Source of the DNA: Callorhinchus milii | Lineage: Eukaryota | Direction: 5' to 3' | Assembly: GCF_018977255.1 (NCBI RefSeq) | Contig: NW_024704834.1 | Location: 62,001-126,000 of the forward strand | DNA length: 64,000 nucleotides | Shown: positions 38,050-51,948 of the stretch, piece by piece | Position numbering within the stretch: position 1 is the first letter of the stretch | Layout: every line of letters begins with the position of its first letter | Program-made: the position numbers and the translations under genes | The notes under the pieces: generated by a model | What the model saw: the letters and a program-made list of their open reading frames with translations, nothing else | Told to the model about the DNA's origin: nothing | Database searches by the model: none

Positions 38050-40151
38050 ATGGAATATTTAAACATTTATGAGGTGGAAGCAATTTGCTATCCCATTCTT
38101 GCGGTGGTCGGCGTTCCTGGTAGGATAATATCAATCAATTTTTTTATGTAAATATTTGTGCATGTTCATTAAAAGTTATTCATTGCTTAACGACAGTTTT
38201 GCCTGATTCGATTCGTAATAATCTAGACTCAGAGTGAGTGTTTCGTGCACCCCAATACCATGTCAGAAACGTTGAGCTGAAATACCAGCTAAACGTGAAT
38301 TGGGGGAGAGCTGCAGTTTTAGAATTAAAGTTGTTGGGATAAAACGGTGTATCTGTTAGCCTGTTGGAAAGCTTACACTTTGCCTCGAATTCAGAAGTCT
38401 ATGGGTTCAAGCCCTCCTTGCGACTTGAAATCAAATTGTCTAAATCACTGCTCCAATGCATTGGATGCATTGGGTGTGTTGCACTGTTGGATGTGCTGTC
38501 CTCTGGATGAAACTTTCAACCGAAATCCCAGCTGCCTGTTGAGAACGATGTTAAAGATCTTATGGCACGACAATATTTGGAAAGAGAAAGCAGTTTCTCC
38601 CTGTGTACTCACTGCCATGGTTGGTGTATGATATTGCGGTTACGTCCCCAAAATACACAGACCATCCTCTTTACAGTGTGAGCCTTGACGCATTTTGGAA
38701 CATCTCAAAGAGGTTATAAATCGCATTACCAAATCCAATTATTATTGTTATTAGTAAAATGCACAGAAACTCCCCTTTAACTTTTCCCTCTTAAGGGCAA
38801 TTAAGTGATGATGCGCTATATCAAATGCAAGAATTATAAATTTTATAACCTTAAACGGAAGATACGACTGTTCCAGTTTACATGTACTGGGACAGTATTC
38901 GAAATGAGAAGGAATTTTATTCCGTTGTCATAGCCAACAATCTCCCAGATGCAAATTGACGTTCGCTTCATTACTGCTTGTTGGAAGTGGTTGTATGCAA
39001 ACTGAGTATCCTGTTTGTTTAAAAATAAACATCCACCACACTACAAAGAATATAAATGCCCGATGTTAGACTTGATAACAATTTGTGTCAATCATAAATT
39101 GTATTAATTCGTCAACAACACCACACTCAATACTTGGGTTCAAAACAATACCAGCATCTACCAGGGCCAATGTTTGACAAGACAAATGTGTGGCATGCAA
39201 TTTGATAAATTTAGCACCAATCTGACAGTCACTACTCTTTACTTTCCTTGCAGTTAACCTGTTGGCGATTCTGATCCTTTCCCGGGGGAATTGCGGTCTC
39301 TAAAAAGGCGTCACTCTCTACTTGATATCCATGGCTGCGGCAGATCTGATGGTCATTATCACTGATGTAATATTCAATCGCATTAATACTTTTTATTTCC
39401 CCATTAGTTTCTTGTTCTACACTCCCGTATGCAGCTTCAGACTCGTTTTGATGGCCACGGCCACAAAATGTTCTGCCTGGTTTACGGTTGTTTTCACCTT
39501 CGATCGTATTGTGGCGATTTGTTGTCAGAAGATTACATATTGTTCGGTGAAAACTGCTAATTTGGTTATAACTATCGTGAGTGCGTTAAGCTGTGTACAG
39601 TGTATTCCCTGGTACTTTGCTTCTACTCCTAATGTGATAATTAACAATGTGCCATTTTATTGCACTGCAAAACCCAGCTATTTTACTTTGCCAATATGGA
39701 GAGTATTTACATGGTTTCACCGAGTTTTTACTCCTCTAGTTGTTTTTCTTTTGATTTTCCTTTTCAATGCTCTGACCATCAGACACATTTTATCAGCCAG
39801 CCGGGTCCGCAGGAGAATCAGGGTCAGTAAAATTGGAGGGAAACAGAATGATCAGAAATGGAAAAGCGAAGGGAATCCATCGTCTTACTCTTCACTATAT
39901 CGACCAGTTTTGTACTGTTATGGATGACGACTATTATCTGTTCATTGAAATGGCCAATTATAAACTTTAATTATGAAAACCGCATATATAGCTCCCAATA
40001 TATCTTCCAACAAATAGTATTATGCTTCAGGTTTCAGTTCATGTACCAACACCTTATCTATGCTGTGACACAGAGTAAGTTTAGGGAGGACCTAAAGAAT
40101 ATGGTTAGTATCCCTTTACTGCTGTTCGATGTAAATAAAAAAAATTATTGA
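38050..40151 (+). pseudogene. GPR139/GPR142-like class A GPCR pseudogene (exon 1 38050-38119, exon 2 39254-~40151)
   Basis: MEYLNIYEVEAICYPILAVVGVP|VNLLAILILSRGNCGL*; in-frame TAA at 39301; MAAADL, FTFDR, IYAVTQSKFR motifs; frameshift near 39855 and apparent disruptions near 40020-40050. Confidence 0.88.
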
Positions 40152-40799
40152 TATAAAGAATTGAAGTTCAGCCAGAAACGCATTGCTTGGTTTTGATCTC
40201 CATTTCTCATTTTTCGTGTATACAATACGCTCACAGCAGCTCAAAATGGGTCACGGAAAGTGCATTGTGTATCCAATCGAAGTGAGCAGCATTAACCGTT
40301 GCAAGGAATATGATAACAATAATCCTTCCGCTTGATGTAGCGCCATATTACGTCTTCGAGTCGTTTCAAAGAGCTTCCCACAATATGCTGCAAATTGTAC
40401 CGATTCTATGTTTTTTGGTGACCTGGTTTGAATAACCTGAGTTGTCCTTGCAACTTAATGGTGAGAGCAGTCCCTAAGGATCAGTATCTGGCATGGCGCA
40501 ATGTTGGGCAAGTTTCCTTACTCAACCCGCCTCTGTGTACCCGTCAACAAGGAGGAATCCAGTTGTTAGTCGCTTGGCGGATCACTTTACCGGGATAAAA
40601 ACATTCTCTTTCAAAAAGATTAATTAAGTCACTCGATCCACGGTTGTTTGTCAGACATTGCTGTGTACAATGGGCTGCCGCGTTTCACACAAAATACACA
40701 GTCAATTCACTTGACGGAACACTCTAAAGAGACAGAGATCCATTTGACCCAATGAGTGTATATGGCTGTAATTTCTAGTTCCAGTGTATGTGGAAACGA

Positions 40800-41418
40800 G
40801 AGATTGAGAGAGAGAGACAGGCACAGTGAGCGATGATCATAGTATCTATCTGTGTGCGTATGTGTGAGTGTGTTTGTCCAAATAAGTGTCTGAGCACGGG
40901 AGACAGTTTGTGTGTGTGTGTGTGTGTTTGTGTGAGTGAGAGAGAAACAGATTAAGACTGAGTGTTTGATAGTTTATGAGACAAATACAAAGTGCGGGAC
41001 AGTGAGAGGCTTATGTGTGGAGAGAGACGGTGTGTGTTGTGTGTGTGTGTATGCCCGAGTGATTGTGTGAGGATCGGAGACAGTGCGTATGTTCCAATTT
41101 GTTTGTGTGTATGTGTGTGCGTGTGTGTGTGTGTATGTGTGTGAATGTGTGCGTGGCTGTGTGAATGAGAGACAGAAGAGAATGCATGTATTTGTGAGAA
41201 AGAAAGATTTCGCGTGTGTTTGAGAGAAAGAGAGAAATTGTGTGTGAGAGAATGAGACACTGTGTGTGTAAGACAGACTGTGTGTGTCAGATAGAGAGAG
41301 ACTGTGTGTATGTGTGTGTGTGTGAGTGAGATAGAGAGAGACTGTGTGTGTGTGTGTGTGTGTGAGACAGGAAGAGACTGTTAGTGTGTCAGATAGAGAC
41401 ACTGTGTGTGTGTGTGTG

Positions 41419-41449
<31 letters not shown>

Positions 41450-41615
41450 GGAGATTGCGTGTGTGCGAGAGAGAGACAGAAAGGGCTTCGTGTGTGTGAG
41501 AGACAGAGAGAGACTGTGCGTGTGTGAGACAGAGAGAGATAACGTGTGTGTCTGTATGAAAGATAATGTGTGTGTGTGTCTGTGAGACAGAGAGACTGCG
41601 CGTGTGTGTGTGAGT
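40800..41615. repeat. Compound (GT)n/(GA)n microsatellite field
   Basis: Directly visible. Confidence 0.9.
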
Positions 41616-41760
41616 TGCCCCTGAATCCATCCTCCTCTAACACGAGCACAAACACTACAGATCAATATCAGAGAGTCAGGACGTGCCTCTCATTCCCAGC
41701 TCAGTCAGTGAGAGAGACAGTCACAGAGACACTGACTGTGTGGACATGTCTGTCTCCCTG

Positions 41761-41850
41761 ACTACAGCTCCCAGGATGCCTAGCGCGGCCCGACTCCGTC
41801 ACTATAGGGCTCTAAGCCGTGAGGCATGACGGGACCTGTAGTTTCCGGGC
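41761..41850. promoter_or_regulatory. Inverted pair of ZNF143/THAP11 (ACTACAnnTCCCnnnATGC) motifs
   Basis: ACTACAGCTCCCAGGATGC (+, 41761) and ACTACAGGTCCCGTCATGC (-, from 41842), CpG-rich spacer. Confidence 0.6.
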
Positions 41851-42211
41851 TCTGTGTCACAGGCAGTGGCTGCGATTCTGATGTCAAGAGAAGAGAGAGA
41901 GAGAGAGACAGAGCGAGTTAGGGAGAGAGACAGAGACCTGTGACTGACCTGCAGCAGACGTCTTCCCTCTCTCCATCCTTCCCGCTTCTCTCTCTCTCTC
42001 TCACACTCACCCTCTCTGTCTCACTCACTTTTACCATTCATCTGTCTCTCTCGCAAACTCAGCCACTCTCTCTCTCTCTCTCTCTCTCTCTGCCGCTGTG
42101 TGTGTGTGTGAGTGTGAGTGAGACAGGCTGTATGGTACAGCTACACTCATGTTGTACGGCACAGCTTCTCGCTGTGTGTCAGACTCTCTCCTCTCCCCCT
42201 CGTTTACGTGA

Positions 42212-42424
42212 TAATAATAATAATAATATAATATTTTTTGCATTTGATATAGCGCTTTCCCGTCTTGTCGACGTCCCATAGGGCCTTACAGAATATACTG
42301 TAAAGTGAACGGACTGCATATTTGTGGCCGAACGCTGCAGCCAATTGCGCTCAGCAATGTCCCATAAACAGCCATGGATTGAAAATGACCAATTTATTAA
42401 TGTTTTGTTTTGGAGGGATTATTA
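42212..42424 (-). mobile_element. 5'-truncated SINE
   Basis: SINE body and tail on minus strand. Confidence 0.8.
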
Positions 42425-43665
42425 CGCCAGCAAGCCTCACTCCCTCGCTCACCCTCAAGTAACTTCACCGAGATGCCCCGCTCCTATCTAACGCCCTCAT
42501 GGGACGTCAGAATGTCTCCTCTCCTTCACTGACAGGGACAAGCCAACTCTCTCCCTGGTAACCAATTATTGATAGGAAAGACACAGGTCTGGCCACTGAC
42601 TCCATGATGACATGTGATTGACAGGAGAGTGAGAGGCCCACTATCACCAACAATTGTAATTGTAATGACAATTGTGTGTAATTGTCTCTCTGAGACGGTG
42701 GCCTTTGTGGCCGAAAATCGCTATTATGTTGCTGGTTTATCATGTTATTGTGATTGATTTATTGTTAATTTGTTTTATTATTGTTGTTGTTCCTGTTATT
42801 ATATTATTATGTTAAGTCAGTGTATTGACTTGTGAGTATCAGTAATGTATTTCCTTATTATTGTCACTGATAGTCGTATAAACCAAAACCAACTTTCACT
42901 TACACAGCTCACTCCACGCCGGATTGACTCTATATTTTGTAGGCGAAACAAGGCAGCCAATTTCACAGACTTACCAGCCACAAAACATCTACATGTGCTA
43001 CAATAAAGCTGTGTGTCACCCATAAAACAAACAATTACTTCACTTTATATAATATCTTGTGAAGCGTTTTGAGACGTCTCGGAGACGTGATAAGACACAT
43101 TATCAAATGCAAAAGCACATTGGAGATTCGAAGCGGGTTTCTGTACTGAGACATACGGCGAAAAATAAAATCTATGGGCTCCCTGACGTTACCTTCTGTT
43201 GTTGTTCTTCATTTGTGGGTAACTGTTGGAGCCACTTTGCAGGGAGAATTTTGTGATTTGCACTTTATATCCGGCAACGTTGCTCGGCTTACAACATAGC
43301 AGTGGTTCAGCTGCACATCATCCTTTGCCATTTGATATAATGTTCAATATTAATCATTCATACAGCTTGAATTGGGATGACACAGACACCAGCACATGGA
43401 GAACATGCCGTATCCTTTCCCAATATTACAAGGAAATGAGTGAGAGAAAAAGACAGAGAATCTCGAGTGAAATTGCGAGAGATACAGAGTTTGAGAGTTA
43501 CTGCCAATGTGAGAGACACAGAGGGAAACAGATAGAGAGAGAGAGTGTGAGAGGCACAGTTGAAGAAAGAGAGACTGAGTGTGATAGACGCAGAGTGACT
43601 GAGAGTGAAAGAAAGAAAGTATGAAAAACATAGTATGAGAGAGACTGAGCGAAAGAGTGTTGCGT

Positions 43666-44850
43666 CAACAACAACAACAACAGCAACAAAATTACATCTA
43701 CAGAACGCCGATGAGTAGGACGTCCCAAAGCGCCAAAGAGTCAGGTGTCGGGGCCCGAGCATGTTTCAGGAGTATCGTAGGGCTTAGCGAAGACAGACAG
43801 GTGGGAGGGAGACCAAAGGCACGGTCGCCGAGAAGGGTCTTGAGAACGGCATTGAAAGAGGAATGAGAGGAGAAGGGAATTTGGGATGGATTTCCAGGGT
43901 GTAGGGGCAGAAAGTCTGAATGCCTGGACACCTGTGGCAGGGTGGGTCGGGCGGAAGACATGGAACAGGCCGGATCCCGATGAATGGAGGAAGCGGCCAG
44001 TTTGGTAGGGAGCCAGCAAGTCAGAGAGGTGGGATGGGGCAAAGCCATGGATGGGCATAAAAGTCAGGACGGGGATCTTGAACTCGATGCTCTGGTGGAC
44101 GGGGAGCCAATGGAGTCGGGCGTTGGAGGGAGTGTGTGAGAGTACACGAGCTGCAGAGTTTTGGATGATCTGCAGTTTGTGAAGGGAAGAGTTGGGAAGG
44201 CGATGAGGAGGGAATTCCCGTAATTAAGCCTTGAGATGACGAATGGATGGGTGAGGGTTTCAACAGCCTGAGCGGTGAGAAAGCGGCGGGGACTGGGAAT
44301 GTTGCGGAGATGGTGGGAGGCATCGCCGGTCGTGGTGCGGATATGGGAGAGAAAGGACAGTTCAGGTTCAAACAAAATTCCCAGGTTCCTGACGGGCTTA
44401 GTGAGGTTGGTTGTGCAGCCGTGTAGACTGATGCTGCTTGGGTCTGAGGAACTGAGGCGCTGACGCGAGTCATTCAGGAGGGCGATGATCTTACTGACGT
44501 TGAGTTGTAGAAAGTTGGCTCTCGTCCAGGACTTGAAGTCGGACAGGCTTTCTGAGGACAGAGTCCTGAGGAGCACCGCACAACACGGTGCCGGATTTGG
44601 ATGAGAAGCCATTGGTCTCGACGACATTGAGGCGGTGCGAAAATTAACACCTGAACCAGACTAGGACAGAACTTTGAAGAACTAGTTGGCAGGAGAGGCG
44701 GTGGTGGTGGATTGAGTGATCCACGGCGTCAAAGGAGGCTGAGAGCTCGAGGAGGAAGAGGAGGCAGAGAGAGCCCTGGTCAAACATTCTCAAGATGCCG
44801 TTTATGACTTTGACCACAGCAGTTTCCATGCTGTGGAATATCGGAGACAA
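43666..44850 (-). mobile_element. LINE2 3' fragment
   Basis: ETAVVKVINGI..LLELSASFDAVDH, NFLQLN, VRNLGILF motifs; (TTG)n tail. Confidence 0.85.
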
Positions 44851-46199
44851 CGACTTTCTCAAGGCCCTTGGATAGGAAAGGGAGGTTTGAGTTGGGCCGG
44901 TAGCTATATAACTGTATAGCTGGATAGCGAGGTAATCTTTCCGGGTGCACCCGATATCAGTTTACACTTTTACGAGAAACATCGCAAAATGAGTGAAACA
45001 AGTTAAGAGCTGTTCACCGCAATGTGGTTGATTGTTTCTCATACACATAGAACATGCCGAATTAATAACAACCCGAGATGATCTGATTCATCATGCGGTC
45101 ACAGTAGTGAGTGCCAACATTTGGGATGTTATGGTATTCAGCAAAGCACCGTTGGGTTTTGAAACCAAAATCTGCTGTTTACCAGACACGCACATTGCTA
45201 CCGAAGCGTTGACAACATTGTTTCACAACGGTTCATTTAATTGTTCAAACAATTTGGCTTCCTTGTCCATTTTTGGTCCACAAATTTGGCTTCTGACTTC
45301 ACTGGGCTGACAAAGCTACACTGATCCTTTGATCCTCGGCTCCTAATCTCGATCCTTTGATCCTCTGCTCCTAATCTCGTCGTGTGCATTTCCACTGCGC
45401 CCAAAACACAAAATGCCAACCCACATGAAAACATCACCGACAATTTACATATGTAAAGCGCTTTCTACGTCAGTAGGATATCCCAGTGCGATGGACAGAC
45501 ATGGATTTGGATCTGTGGACGATTTTGAGTTTAGGAGGTGTGGGTGGAGGGTTGGTAGATATAAGAGAGTGGCCGAAGGAGCGACCGAAGAAGAGGATCT
45601 TCAGACGGCCTTCAACGAGATAAAGTAGGGGGCAAGTTGATGGTACTGTGTGGTAGAGTCCAAAGGATGGGGGTCAAACAGGCTGAAGGCCAGACTGCCT
45701 TTAGTGAAGCGGAGGAATTGGATCAGGCCGGAGTCCGCTGACTGGAGGGAGTAAAGGTCATTTTCTACGACCTCAGCCAAATTGCCAGCCTCAGTTCGTA
45801 ACTTCCAGGTTCAATGTTCCTCTGCCCCTGCCCTGCCCAGCGGTTGAGTGAATTGCCTTATTTTAATTATGAGAATTATTATTTTTATTATTATCATTAT
45901 TATCATTATTATTGTTCTTATTGTTTTATTGTTGTTGCTATTATTATTATTTTATTATTATTATATCTGGAGCAGGATATGTTTTTAGCAATAGCCATTA
46001 TGGATATTAAAAAGAATTTCTTGTTGACAAAACTTAAGGAATTATCTGGGATGCAACAGAAGCAGACAATTGAAATGTAGTGCATAGAGTGCATTTCAAT
46101 TTCCCGAAAGGCTTTCATGAAGACCACATGAGAGGATGCTGGCTGAAATCAGTGCTTGTTGTATCATGGGGGGAGCTTGCAGATGGATTAAACAACCTG

Positions 46200-47120
46200 T
46201 AAAAAATCTGGGTTACGGTGACCGAAGAAACGCTTGAAGAGGAGAATCTTGAGACGGGTCTTGAATGAGCCAAGAAAGCGGGCCCGATTGAGTGGTAATG
46301 GGGGTAGAGAGGCTTAAGGTAATCTCCACAATAATGGGGCGGGCAAAGTGTGTGAGGTGAAGCAAGCTGTAGCCCACTGAGCTAAGGCAGTGAAATGATT
46401 GGTAGAGGTTAGCGGGTAACAGAGCAAGTGGGAGCAAGGCTGTGGAGGACATTGAAAGTGAGGATCAGGATATTGAACTGTATCCTCTGAGTTAAGTGGT
46501 GCCAGTGAAGTAATGCGAGAATTGGGGGACACAGTTTGTAGAGTTCTGGGAGACTTACAGCCTGTTTAGTAAGGATATGCGGGGGTCACCAAATTTTCGT
46601 CGTCGATTCCTGTATGTGGATGAGGATCTCGGTGGTCTGTGATGAGAGATCATGTTGCAGAAAGGCAATGTGTCCGAAATAGGGAAAGTAGTAGCTGTTC
46701 GTGGCACGAATGTGTGTCATAAAGGATAGTTGGGGGTCGAAAAGGACGCCGAGTTCAATATTGGCTCCGTGAGATACAGAGTGCATCCAAGAAGGTTGAT
46801 GCTTTCTGCACCCGAGTTGCAGAGGCGTTGACGGGAACCAAACAGCAGGGCCTCGGAATTGTTGACCGTCAAGCAGAAAAGTTTAGCTCTCATCCAGGAC
46901 TTGATGCCGATAGGCAGTGTGTGAGGAACGGAGTGTACCTGAACACTTGCCTCCTCTCCTCTTACCTAAATGTTATAAATTCTGCCTTTGAGTGTTGCAG
47001 ATCCTACATCTCACACCATATCCAGTTTGTCTGAGCAAATGGCTTCTTCTCCTGCCCTCGTACAGTCTCGTGTAGTGCTCTTCAGGGCTCTGTACTTGGT
47101 GCTCTCCTTTTCAATTTTTA
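46200..47120 (-). mobile_element. Degenerate LINE2 fragments
   Basis: LGVLFDPQLSFMTHI similarity to the L2 at 15140. Confidence 0.6.
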
Positions 47121-47405
47121 CGTGCTCGTTGTTTATAGCAGATGGGATATTTGGTAGCAGAGGGTTATGCTACAGCGGATTCCGTCGTAAAATTGAGGAC
47201 CATCTTTTCAATAGGCCCAGCCCATAAGTAAGCATAGCAGAGATTTTTCACTTCTTAAAGCTCCTGTAGATTGAGACAGAAACGATTGTTGCACAAGTTG
47301 CTAAGAATACATTCTTTCATTGACTCCTGCTCTTACTCTCTCTGCCAATGAGTCTAGATGGTAAATGTACTATCCGTAATTAATACTTTACTATTTTTAC
47401 TTAGT

Positions 47406-47734
47406 GGAGTCCTGTAGCTCAGTGGTGAGAGCACTCGCTTTGCAAGCAAGCAAGCAAGAGACCTGAGTTCAATTCCAGGCAGAGGGCGAAACCTTGGGCA
47501 AATTTCCTTACGCCACACGCCTAATAGTAATCCCTCCAAAAAAAAAACAATAATAAATTGGTCATTTTCAATCTACGACTGTTTGTGGGACATTGCTGTG
47601 CGCAATTGGCTGCCGCGTTCGCTCACAAATATACAGTCAATTCACTTTACAGTTTATTCTGTAAAGCGCTTTGGGACGTCCTCCCGACGTGAAAAGCGCT
47701 ATATAAAAAGCAAGGATTATTATTATTATTATTA
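47406..47734 (+). mobile_element. Young full-length SINE, TSD TTAG
   Basis: Absent at the paralogous site near 59425. Confidence 0.9.
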
Positions 47735-48097
47735 TTAGCTGCCTTATTGACGTCATATTGTTTCTTATACTTCTGTTCTGCCATACTGAGGACCCGTTAT
47801 ACGCAAAGAAATTTACGCAGCTCCTGCTCAAACGCTGCAACATTGACCAATGGACCCATTGCTCAATGGAAAAGGATGTGTGTATGAGATGAGACAAACA
47901 TCATGACAATGCTCAGACTTGACTGAGGTATGTTGCGTACTGAGCGAATAAACACACTCCTCTCTGCAGTTCACTATGCAGTGCGTGTCTTCCTTGAATG
48001 CACGTTGTCGTGTAAGATGAACATCCCCTGTCCCACCAGCAGTGATCTGGATTTCGGACTATCTGCCCGCCCACTCTCTGTAACTCAATCCCAGAGT

Positions 48098-48410
48098 GAA
48101 GTTCTGCAGCTCAGTGGTTAGAGCACTCGCCTTGCAAGCGATAACTTGATTTGAATTCCAGGCAGGGCGTAAACCTGGGCAAGTTTCCTATCTCCACACG
48201 CCTGACAATAATTCCTCCAAAGCAAAACAATAACAAATTGGTCATTTTCAATCCACTACTGTTTGTGGGACACTGCTGTGCGCAATTGTCTGCCGCGTTT
48301 CGCCCTCAAATATACGGTGAGTTCATTTTGCAGCACATTCTGTGAGGCGTATTAAGAAGTCCAGAAGACGTGAAAAGCGCTATGTCAACTGCAAGTATTA
48401 TTAATATATT
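48098..48410 (+). mobile_element. Older SINE, duplicated at ~58750-59064 on the minus strand
   Basis: Diverged SINE consensus shared by both duplicate arms. Confidence 0.8.
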
Positions 48411-49126
48411 AACACAGAATACCCTGAAGCGCTACGCGAGGAATGGTTTGTTAATGCATATTGTTGTTGTTATTATTTTTGAAACCAGGACTCGCTTGCT
48501 CACGCATCTCTATCATGGTCCGTATCAAGACGTTCCTCATTAACCACCCTCTTGTTTATCTTTCCCTTTCCAACCAACTTGGCAAACATCCCTTCCTCGG
48601 GTCTCAATATTCTATGTTCCATTCTATGTTCAAGTATGTGAGTGTAATATGTTTTTAACTTTACATAATCCCATGCACTACCCGCGATAATTCTGCAACA
48701 TATTCGCCACATATAGGTGCAGAAATCCCCACTGTCCAGCGCCCTGGAACGCCTTTGCGACATGGAGTGCACTGTGCACGTGTAATTTGTTGTTTTCGAT
48801 ATAGCTCTATTTGTTCTTCTTGTAACTCCTGTAAGATATTTTGAATAATATTGTTCCTTTCTTTCTGCATTTATTTTATGCTACGCTTAATTTTTTATGC
48901 GGTTTTATTTGTCTAGTTTTCAATTCACGATAACAAATTTAATCCGAGTATTACATATGCAACTCTCAAGTGAACACGTCATCTTGTTTGTTCATTCGTC
49001 TGGAACTAATGCTATCCATGATGCAATATGTATTGTCACGTTCCCTATAAGTACCAATTTAGTTCAATGTGACGGCAGTGTGTTCACTGAAGTCTCTGCC
49101 TTCGGCATCAATAAGTAACAGAGAGC

Positions 49127-51859
49127 ATGGAACATCCAACGTTATACACAGTAATTGCTATTTACTACCCCATTCTTGCAGCATTTGGAATTCCTGGTAA
49201 GTCTATTTGTTCGCAGTATTATCTATGATCAACAGGTTACTGCATTGGGTGACAGGAGATATTTATTAAAGTGGCATATCAGGTTATTCATGTTCGTAGA
49301 GAAATATGTATGTGTCGAAAGACAGTATATTTTAATACGCATAGTAGCAAATGTACCAACGATTAGAGGTCCGTAGGTCTATGAAAGTAGCATCAGTAGT
49401 GGAAAGGGATGTGTTAAAAGGTACAAAATGATTTACAAAGATTGCACAGCTCGGAAGGGGGACACTCAGATGAATCTGACCATGTTGGTGTTTATAATGA
49501 CATCTCCAAGGCACCTCCTTACCTATCCGACCTCCTCACTCCACACTCCACCACACAGCGCCTCTTGACCGTCCCTCTCACCTTCCAGCCCACTACTGGA
49601 GGTCGCGCTTTCAGCCACAACGCCTCCATATCTCTGGAACACTTTCCCTCAATACTCCCGCCTTGCCGACTCTCTCCATTGATTAATGGACCGGCTGAAA
49701 ACTTTCCTATTCGACCGTGCTTACGGCTGCCTCCCCCTTCCCAACGACTGCAGTTAGGCTTCGCCACTCTTAAGCGTTCTGAGACGCTATCCTGCAAGCA
49801 GAGCGCTTCGTAAGTGCAAGTTGTCCTCCGTGGTGCTGTTGTAATCCACAGGCGTCGTTGTACCCTCCCATAGCCTTGTATTCCTCTCTCACTAAGGTAA
49901 ACGTCTATTTTCCTCTTCAGTGCACCGAATAAAATCAACAATTCAGAGAACAACTAACACATTCTCTTTGGTCTCTGGGAAGAGCAATTTCTTCTCATTT
50001 CATTTTCTTGATTGCATCATCGCTGACTTATGCTTGTGCCCCCTGGTAACGAACTCCCCATAAAGTGTCAACAGCTTCCCAATTTAGCACAACCTACGCG
50101 ACATGACAGATCCCGAACTACCCATCCTCCCGACATCCCTGACCAGAATGACTCGATTTCAATATCTGATTTATCCACCTCATACACAACATATAAAACC
50201 CTCATTGACTAACGAATCGATTTCGTAATCCTCACCCGTACTCACAAATCAATTCAAGTCTTGTCAACTCCCTGATCTCCTTACCTCTCTGACCTGCTTA
50301 CATGGCACAACATTACCCCGCTTTGACTCAGTTGGGTTCCGTTCCATATGGTTTTTGTCCCCGTTAATTCACCATCAGTGACTGTGTTTTGAGACACTTC
50401 CCATCTCAAACTCTGCCTGAATTCCTACACTGTGTTCTCTGGATATTTATCTTCAGATTTTATTTCAATATCTTCTTTGTTGATGGTGTCAATAGTCACG
50501 TCCACAGTCTCTCCCCAGCTCCGCTAGTTTTCAACACACAGTGATGCTCAATGCGCGACAGTTATTTTAATGAAAGTTGTTTTTGCCCCAGAGTTCACAC
50601 AGGAGCACAGAATAGGAAACTGAAGCAATAATTCTACCTTTTCAAAAAACATTGCATAAGCAGCAGCTGGAGACTTGCATTCAGTCTCTTTTTAGGAAAT
50701 AAGTCAAGGATTTGGAGAGATGAGAGAAGCTTTACAAGAACAACACCAGGGATGATGGACATTGGTCATGGGGAACGATTGGACAAGTTGTGTCTATTTT
50801 CATTTGAGCAGAGAAGGTTGGTAAGGGAACTCATAGAAGTATAAAAATATGTAGGATTTTGTAAGAGTGAACAGTGACAGAGTATTTGCACCAATAGAGT
50901 ATCGCTGTCTTGCGGCCAAAGTTACAAGTTAGTCACAAGAAGAAAGAAATATGGAGCTTTTGTTGATCTTTTTTACTCAGCGTGTTGTTGGAATGTGGAA
51001 TGGCTATTGAGGTGATAGAGGCATAGCTCTTTTTGGGATTAAAGAGGAAACTGGATAAATTTTTCAAGAAAAGTGCTTTAAAAGGTGATAAGAATATTTT
51101 GGACAGTAAAACCGAACGCAAATTTTCATCTAGTGGCCAACGTGGCTCAGACGCATGCATTGCTTTGTGTTGTACAGTTCTCTGGTTTTAGTATAACTTC
51201 TCTGAATCGAAACTGGTTTCCAATCTGCTGTAATGTTTGTATCTTTTAATCCAGATATACTGCTGTTAAAACGAACCGATCATTTTGTATCTGAAAAATC
51301 AAATCGAGCCATATTGCGGGATCTGTAGAGCGAAAGCTCCACACCAAATAATTCCCAAAATATTTTACTTCTGACAAAGCTTACTTCAGATCTTCTACAT
51401 TCTTGTTATATGGAACAGAGGAATATGCTTGCAAAGCACAATAACTGTAGTGGGTAATATTATTTTACGTCAAGAATGATTACTTGTGTAAGCAAGTGTT
51501 TCAATGTTTACTATGGAAGATAAATGGTTGCACGAAATTATGAAATTCTTCTTTGCTTATGCCCTGTTATAGCCAGTTCCATTCAATGAAAACGCAACCA
51601 TATATGACACATCGTTAAATTTTTACATAGCAATTTTTATTTGTATAAGTTACGTCTTCTGCTTTTATTGCTTCTCGCAGTTAATTTGCTGGCGATTGCG
51701 GTCCTGTCACGAGGAAAGTGCGGTCTCTCCAAGTGCATCACTCGCTATTTGGTAGCCATGGCAGTGGCGGATCTCCTGGTTGTCCTTGTAGATGTGTTGC
51801 TGAATAAAATAAACAATGTGTATTTCCCATTAAATATCTTATTCTACACTCCAGTGTGT
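49127..51859 (+). CDS. GPR139-like GPCR, 5' part (exon 1 49127-49196, exon 2 from 51681), interrupted by inversion/gap
   Basis: MEHPTLYTVIAIYYPILAAFGIP|VNLLAIAVLSRGKCGLSKCITRYLVAMAVADLLVV...YTPVC; canonical splice sites. Confidence 0.78.
50715..51180 (+). mobile_element. Degenerate CR1 3' fragment (inverted copy at ~56100-56570)
   Basis: FEQRRLVRELIEV-like ORF2 end. Confidence 0.6.
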
Positions 51860-51923
51860 GTGCAATATTTTGTTTTCAGCTTCTGGCAGCAAATAGCGAC
51901 ACAACGATCAAAGGTGAAAGCCA

Positions 51924-51948
51924 NNNNNNNNNNNNNNNNNNNNNNNNN
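51924..51948. other. Assembly gap (25 N)
   Basis: N run. Confidence 0.99.

Noticed and set aside
39322-39927. 201-aa ORF as an intact GPCR
   Set aside because: Internal fragment of a pseudogene between an upstream stop (39301) and a frameshift
40952-41665. Long His/Thr/Ser/Leu ORFs
   Set aside because: Translations of dinucleotide microsatellites
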